Source: Amphiscolops sp. MND2022 (lineage: Eukaryota). Taken from it: a DNA stretch of 64,000 nt. Shown piece by piece: positions 56,509-64,000 of this stretch. The stretch spans positions 12,278,001 to 12,342,000 of the forward strand of contig OZ076409.1 in the NCBI GenBank assembly GCA_964187785.1, written 5' to 3'. Made by a program: the position numbers and the translations under genes. How positions within the stretch are numbered: the first letter of the stretch is position 1; the number at the start of each line of letters is the position of its first letter. Below the pieces are notes generated by a model, which saw nothing but the letters and a program-made list of their open reading frames with translations, was not told where the DNA came from and ran no database searches.

Positions 56509-58280
56509 ACTAATCAGAAGTTTATAACTATAGCAATGTCCAATCGAATAGTCATTGAAACTGGCTAATTTCTGGCTGGCATAAACGTAACAGTAGATGA
56601 GTTGTGATCGTAAGAGCGAAAAAACATAATCGTATTTAAAAGCTAACTAAGTTTTCGAGTATGCTCGACTCTGGTTTCGGGCCGCGTGTTCATAATGTGA
56701 ACAAAAAGTGACCAAAGAAAACGTGCGGCCAGATGCTCATTCATGCGACCAGACTGTCATTTTTCAATCGTCCATCTAATTTTACACAAGTTTCTCAGTT
56801 TTTGCAGTTATGTGAACAAAACTTCAGTCATAAATTTATTGGACTTGGCGACAATAATTACTACACGTGTATACGTCATCGTCAATTATTTTTTGCAGCC
56901 AATTTGTAACTACCAAAAACAAAAAGCAAACACAGAACCGCGTTTTAAAACGGTTCAAGTGCTTCGATTTGGTTGAACGCGAGATTAATGATTTGAAAAT
57001 TGGATAATCGCTGACATCCGAACCAACATTTGGTTGTAACAGTGGAACGCTTTTAAGAATTTTGTGTTTTTTGCTATGTTTATGCTAGGTTGTTTATGTA
57101 ATTGCACAACATAGGTTCGATTGAGATGTAAGAGAATTTGATAAGAAATAAGAATGGTTTTCATTTCAATGAAGACCAGGTATTTTGGTCTGAGGTTTAA
57201 TCATCAGTCATCTGCTATGACTTACAATGCAGTTTTATGTACAGGGAAAGAGGAAGCCAGCTAAAGCAGAAGCAGTTTCGTCGTTTCTTTGTTCCTGCAT
57301 TTCTAAGATGCAATTCGAACGATGCCAAAACTGTTGTGCAAACACATGAGATTTTTTCCTAAAGCGCCTAATTACAAATTTATACGCCATGTGTCTTTTT
57401 TTCTGTCTCTTACGGAGACATCAATATTTGACATGTGTATTTCATCTTCTGTAATCACCAAGACCATTTCCAACGTCTGCTTTGGAACGATTAAACGTTA
57501 TTGATGTCCTGTGCTCGAATATTCATACAACTGCTCTAGCTAGTGCTTTTGAAAAACCAGGCAAAGTTGATTGCCAAAGAAAAACAAAGGAAAATATGCA
57601 TGATTCATGAGTAGGAAAGTTCAAAGTTGGAGCATTTTTCTTGATAATCTGAGAGATCAAGGAAACAGTTTGTCACGTTGTTAATTTATGATTTCTTTTG
57701 GTGTCTCAAATTTGACCAAATTTGGAACAGGAAAGATTGGTTTGTTTTCAAAAAAAATTGAAACGATTTTTAGTCAAACTAAAGAAAGGCTAAAATCAAA
57801 AATTGTCAATTTTTCAAACACATCACCACATTTGCAATAACTTGCATCGAATTTTTTAGAATTTGCTAACAAGTACTGTGCCCTTTTATCGAAATTTCAA
57901 TCCCTACAGATTTCATGAAGTTATGGAAAATTCTTGATGGTCCAATTGCTACAAATTTAGGAAGTTTTCGCGAAATCCGTGACGCAAAAAAAAAACGAAA
58001 AAAGCCATATCGAGGATACTCTAGTGGTTTTATTTGATTTTAAGATGGCCCGTTTTACTTATTCTTGATTTTTGTACAAACGTTTGGAATTTAACAACTG
58101 TTCCCAAAACTTTGTTCATTGGATTTTTTTTCGGAAATCCTGAACTCTACAAAACGTTATCGAATACAATGTTGATAACTTCTATAAGTGTTGAAACTTT
58201 TTCATAGAAACTGTAAAAAAAACTTGAATGTCAACTCTGTGAAACGTTATTCTTGGCATTACAGCAGTAGTTCAGGATAT

Positions 58281-58593
58281 ACAAGCCGGGAACGGCCCAA
58301 GTCGGCCCCATCTCTAAGGCTCGAAATTAGGAGAAGGACTTCAAAGAGCCAAAAAACGTTATATCCGAACTTGAAAACGTTATATCCGAACTTTGAAAAC
58401 GTTATATCAGAACTTTGAAAACGTTATATCCGAACTTTGAAAACATTACATGCGATCTTTGAAACGTTATATCCGATTTTTAAAAACGTCTGAACAAATG
58501 TACAGAAAAGTAGACATTCAGAGTGAACAGAAAAAAACTAATCACTGTAATAGTCGGGCGTTTTTCCTTAAGAGAAAAGGATCAGACTAAAAA
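58281..58593 (-). mobile_element. HINE-like element (family A) with 21-22-bp tandem repeat AAAACGTTATATCCGAACTT(T)G; duplicate at 61469-61765
   Basis: ACAAGCCGGGAACGGCCCAAGTCGGC end, central minisatellite and GACTAAAAA end. Confidence 0.75.
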
Positions 58594-58759
58594 CATTTTG
58601 GAGCAGTGAATCAAATTCCTTCTTCACTTTTTATGCTGTTTTTTCATCGCTAAAAATGATCCTATCTCCATTTCCCTGCTAAAGTTCATCATGGAAAACA
58701 CTTTTGTAGGCAAGTTTAAAATCCACGCAAGAAATTGAAGTGGTAATTTTCGAAATCAA

Positions 58760-59200
58760 ACCCCTGGGGGGCACAATAACTTTTCTGTTTTTGGGCTTTC
58801 ATATTCAATATTAGAAGCCTATCTTAATCATTTATATAGCGCACAGTTGATCACTCTACCAGTTTACACCGCCTTTAATTCCTCTCGGATTAAAGAAAAT
58901 ATAACTACTAAGCGTAGACGAAGTTTCGCATTCGCATTTGAATGCAGGCGGAGCTCTCGGCGAACGAATAAGTTACGCTCTTTCGCTTCATCCCATTAAC
59001 TCGGCGTACGGAAGCATAATTACCACTCGCTCGTTCCATCGCACGAGAAATGAATTAAAATCGGCAGCTTGAGAAATTTAAATCTGACGCTTATGCTCAC
59101 TGCCGAACAAAATATCTGAATTTTTTAGTAGGTACTCGGAATCACGACGAAAATTGAACTGGAAAAAAGTTGAATTCAAATTTCTATAATATTCCTGCTA
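58760..59200 (-). mobile_element. HINE-like element (family B); internally deleted duplicate at ~61930-62080
   Basis: Reverse complement of the 33077-33603 core (GACGAAGTTTCGCATTCGCATTTGAATG; CTCACTGCCGAACAAAA). Confidence 0.7.
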
Positions 59201-59507
59201 TCGAAGAAATGATAAAAACGCCGAATTTTCAGAAGCTAAAAGTGTTTGCTCAACGAGAGGCAAGAAAATGTGATAAATTGGACAGACTTTTTTTGTTTGG
59301 ATTTAAAGCTTTCTTCATCGAACCAAATATCTGAATCCATTTTTATCATAGTTCAAGCTGACAAATTACACAAGCTCGGTTTGTTGTCAACGCCCACGCC
59401 TGGGGGAACTGAAAGGTGAGTAGTTGGTGAAAAGTTTTCGAAAAAGGCGTACGACGACAAAAAATTTCAGGCGAGGTTATTCGGGGGAAAAAGATTTTCT
59501 GGGATTG

Positions 59508-59928
59508 AAAACAAGACGAGTACGTCTAAAGTCGGCGCTATATCTAAGGCTCCAAAAGCGCAAAACTTTGTTTTGGAAAAGAAAGCTTGAAATAGTGCCG
59601 AAAAATGAAAAAGAGGGGACTCTTCGGGATTTATTAACATACATTCTGTTGCAAAAGAACAAAGAACTCGAAGGGGGACCCTTTGAGGACATTTTAAAAA
59701 TTCGGAAAAAGTCGCACAGTGCTGAAAAAATCGAAAGGGGGCCCCTTTGTCTCGTCCGGTTTTGTAGGTCACATTAAAAAAGTAAAAAATGAAAAGGGGA
59801 CTCTTTGCAATAAGTTTGCATTGAACGGACTTGGCCTTAGGTGGTTTCAGGATGTAGTCTGAAGGAAGAAAAAGTCACTGCTATAGTCGGGCATTTTTCC
59901 TTAAAAGGAAAACGCGCCGACTAAAAAA
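59508..59928 (-). mobile_element. HINE-like element (family A); duplicate at 62380-62802
   Basis: AAACAAGACGAGTACGTCTAAAGTCGGCGC...GCGCCGACTAAAAAA. Confidence 0.8.
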
Positions 59929-60200
59929 TCAGCATTTGTAATTTTGTCTCATAGTTTTTTGTCAAAAAATGTCACATTGTCCAAATTATACAAACATGTG
60001 GGCCTTTAGGCTCGAAAAACACATTTTTTTACATCAAAAAAACTGAAACAGCGAACCTCTTGTGAAAAAACGTCGCACAGAGTCAAAAAAAGCCGTAGGT
60101 CTTGTTCTTATACTTAGGACCAACTGTTGTGAAAGTTCTCATTAGTTCCACAGTACCAAAAACAAATAGGTCATCCTCAGAAAAGACAACAGAAAACCTC

Positions 60201-60413
60201 AACAAGCCGGGAACGGCCCAAGTCGGCGCCATATCTAAGGCTCAAAAAAGAGCAAAAGGACTTCAAAATGTCAAAGTATTGGTGAATTGGGGACCCTTTT
60301 ATGAAAAAAAATGAAAGTCTCAATGCCGAAAAAAAACTGAAAGGGAGGACCCTTTGGGATTTTTCAACATCCATTTTGTCGCAACACTCGAAAAAAAACT
60401 GAAAAGGGGGACC
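60201..60413 (-). mobile_element. Truncated HINE-like element (family A) at the duplication junction
   Basis: AACAAGCCGGGAACGGCCCAAGTCGGCGCCATATC; stops abruptly where duplicate copy 2 begins. Confidence 0.75.
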
Positions 60414-63073
60414 TACAATGCAGTTTTATGTACAGGGAAAGAGGAAGCCAGCTAAAGCAGAAGCAGTTTCGTCGTTTTTTTGTTCCTGCATTTCTAAGCT
60501 GCAATTCGAACGATGCCAAAACTGTTGTGCAAACACATGAGATTTTTTCCTAAAGCGCCTAATTACAAATTTATACGCCATGTGTCTTTTTTTCTGTCTC
60601 TTACAGAGACATCAATATTTGACATGTGTATTTCATCTTCTCTAATCACCAAGACCATTTCCAACGTCTGCTTTGGAACGATTAAACGTCATTGATGTCC
60701 TGTGCTCGAAGATTCATACAACTGCTCTAGCTAGTGCTTTTGAGAAACCAGGCAAAGTTGATTGCCAAAGAAAAACAAAGGAAAATATGTATGATTCATC
60801 AGTAGGAAAAATCAAAGTTGGAGCATTTTTCTTGATAATCTGAGGGATCAAGCAAACAGCTTGTCACGTTGTTAATTTATGATTTCTTTTGGTGTCTCAA
60901 TATTGACCAAATTTGGAACAGGAACGATTGGTTTGTTTTCAAAAAAATTGAAACGATTTTTAGTCAAACTAAAGAAAGGCTAAAATCAAAAATTGTCAAT
61001 TTTTCAAACACATCACCACGTTTGCAATACCTTGCATCGTGTTTTTTAGAATTTGCTAACAAGTACTGTGCCCTTTTATCGAAATTTCAATCCCTACAGA
61101 TTCCATGAAGTTATGGAAAATTCTTGATGGTCCAATTGCTACAAATTTAGGAAGTTTTCGAGAAATCCGTGACGCAAAAAAAAACGAAAAAAGCCATATC
61201 GAAGATACTCTAGTGGTTTTATTTGATTTTAAGATGGCCCGTTTTACTTATTTTTGATTTTTGTACAAACGTTTGGAATTGAACAACTGTTCCCAAAACT
61301 TTGTTCATTGGATTTTTTTCGGAAATCCTGAACTCTACAAAACGTTATCGAATACAATGTTGATAACTTCTATAAGTGTTGAAAATTTTTTTGTAGAAAC
61401 TGTAAAAAAATTGAATTTGAAACTCTGTGAAGCGTTATTCTTGGCATTACCACAGTAGTTCAGGATATACAAGCCGGCCCCATCTCTAAAGCTCGAAATT
61501 AGGAAAAGGACTTCAAAGTGCCAAAAAAGTTATATCCGAACTTGAAAACGTTATATCGGAACGTTAAAAACGTTATATCAGAACTTTGAAAACGTTATAT
61601 CCGAACTTTGAAAACATTACATGCGATCTTTGAAACGTTAGATCCGATTTTTAAAAACGTCTGAACAAATGTACAGAAAAGTAGAACATTCAGAGTGAAC
61701 TGAAAAAAACTAATCACTGTAATAGTCGGGCGTTTTTCCTTAAGAGAAAAGGGGCCGACTAAAAACTTTTTGGAGCAGTGAATCAAATTCCTTCTTCACT
61801 TTTTATGCTGTTTGTCCATCGCTAAAAATGATCCTATCTCTATTTCCCTGCTTAAGTTCATCATGGAAAACACTTTTGTAGGCAAGTTTAAAATCCACGC
61901 AAGAAATTGAAGTGGTACTTTTCAAAATCAGACCCCTGCGGGGCACAATATCTTTTCTGCTTTTGGGCTTTCATATTCAATATTAGAAGCCTATCTTAAT
62001 CATTTATATAGCGCACAGTTGATCACTCTACCAGTTTACACCGCCTTTAATTCCTCTCGGATTAAAGAAAATATAACTACTATGATAAAAACGCCGAATT
62101 TTCAGAAGCTAAAAGTGTTTGCTCAACGAGAGGCAAGAAAATGTGATAAATTGGACAGACTTTTTTTGTTTGGATTTAAAGCTTTCTTCATCGAACCAAA
62201 TATCTGAATCCATTTTTATCATAGTTCAAGCTGACAAATTACACAAGCTCGGTTTGTTGTCAACGCCCACGCCTGGGGGAACTGAAAGGTGAGTAGTTGG
62301 TGAAAGGTTTTCGAAAAGGCGTACGACGACAAAAAATCTCAGGCGAGATTATTCGGGGGAAAAAGACTTTCTGGGATTGAAAACAAGACGAGGACGTCTA
62401 AAGTCGGCGCTATATCTAAGGCTCCAAAAGCGCAAAACATTGTTTTGGAAAAGAAAGCTTGAAATAGTGCCGAAAAATGTAAAAGGGGGGACCCTTCGGG
62501 ATTTATTAACATACATTCTGTTGCAAAAGAACAAAGAACTCGAAGGGGGACCCTTTGAGGACATTTAAAAAATTCGGAAAAAGTCGCACAGTGCTGAAAA
62601 AATCGAAAGGGGGCCCCTTTGTCTCGTCCGGTTTTGTAGGTCACGTTAAAAAAAAGTAAAAAATGAAAGGGGGACTCTTTGCAATAAGTTTGCATTGAAC
62701 GGACTTGGCCTTAGGTGGTTTCAGGATGTAGTCTGAAGGAAGAAAAAGTCACTGCTATAGTCAACATTTTTCCTTAAAAGGAAAACGCGCCGACTAAAAA
62801 AATCAGCATTTGTAATTTTTTCTCATAGTTTTTTGTCAAAAAATGTCACCTTGTCAAAATTATACAAACATGTGGGCCTTTAGGCTCGAAAAACACATTT
62901 TTTAACATCAAAAAAACTGAAACAGCGAACCTCTTGTGAAAAAACGTCGCACAGAGTCAAAAAAGCCGTAGGTCTTGTTCTCCTACTTAGGACCAACTGT
63001 TGTGAAAGTTCTCATTAGTTCCACAGTACCAAAAACAAATGGGTCATCCTCAGAAAAGACAACAGAAAACCTC

Positions 63074-63422
63074 AACAAGCCGGGAACGGCCCAAGTCGGC
63101 GCCATATCTAAGGCTCAAAAAAGAGCAAAAGGACTTCAAAGTGTCAAGTAATCTCTTCTACAGTACCCGCATGAGGAAAAAATTGAAAAATCGAAATTTT
63201 TTTTGGTCTCCCGATAAGTCACATAGTGCCGAAAAATGTAAACGGGGACCTCAAAAAAGCCTAATTAACATCTATCTCAAGTGCCAGTAGAAGTAGTGTG
63301 GCATTTAGTGTTAGTTTAAGTCAGTTTCTAAAGTTTATAAAATCTGTCACTTCGTTGGTCTTAAAAAAAGAAAAGTCACTACTATACTCTGCGTTTTTCT
63401 AGGAAAAGCGCCGACTAAAAAA
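63074..63422 (-). mobile_element. HINE-like element (family A)
   Basis: Both ends present; the interior resembles the reverse complement of 44454-44940. Confidence 0.8.
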
Positions 63423-64000
63423 GACAAGAAGTTGTGGAAAAGTTCACTGTGGAAAATTAATATTTGGCAGTGCACAGCGCCGAAAACCCCTATGGGTCTT
63501 CTATGCTGGGAGAACGTTTTTTTTTCTTGATGAAATGTAAAGGGGGACTTTCTGGTGAAAACACTTTTTCGACAAAAATCGCATAGTGCCGAAGAAAACC
63601 CAAAAGGGTGACCCTTTGGTCTTCCTTTTACATTTGCAACCATCAAACAACTTTGGTCCACTGTGGGATTTGATTTCATGTTTTCCTGCTCCTCAGGCCC
63701 CATCACTCGGCAGACACACTCTTGGTAACCTCTATTCCGAATAGAAAGTATTTTCAGCTTTCCACCAACATCTAGTAGATTTTGGCAGAAACTGGTAGAC
63801 TTTTTTTGTTTTCAAAGTCTCGAACCAGAACCAATATAAATTGCTTCTTAGGAAAACTAAAAAAATATTAGCGCTTTCTCACCGTATGATTGCGAATTTT
63901 TCTACGTTATTTCAAGTCAAGGACCATCCGACCATGGAATAACTGCAGCTTGTTCTAAAGGTACGGGCGGTGTTTCAAACGAAGTGTGCTTAAGTTACAA

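Larger units (their letters stand above)
57223..63146. repeat. Tandem segmental duplication (57223-~60275 and 60414-~63146)
   Basis: Initial offset 3191 (ORFs 57322/60513 nearly identical). The second copy lacks ~300 bp of a family-B HINE. Confidence 0.93.

Overview
Repeat-rich animal genomic DNA (AT-rich, spliceosomal introns; species cannot be established from the sequence alone). 1-23.7 kb is a nested retroelement stack. A decayed + strand LINE with a CCHC ORF1 is interrupted first by a decayed - strand three-ORF CR1/L2-like LINE (SGNH esterase-like ORF0, PHD ORF1, APE-RT ORF2). It is interrupted again by a 15.4-kb - strand Ty3/Gypsy element with near-identical 711-bp LTRs, whose Pol ends in two TARG1/Poa1p-like macrodomains. 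25.4-48.9 kb holds an 8-exon syntaxin-5 gene. Its 17.3-kb intron 4 contains the most unusual object in the window: a ~14.7-kb decayed Helitron-like element bounded by ~880-bp direct repeats. This element encodes an SGNH-like protein, a ~2,350-aa Cys-rich/HUH-Rep/Pif1/SLX1-like GIY-YIG polyprotein and a third, unknown ORF. The right part contains many non-autonomous Helentron-type (HINE/DINE-1-like) elements, a LINE fragment, a 589-codon ORF of unknown function and a ~3-kb tandem duplication. All domain calls come from motif recognition by eye; no database searches were run.
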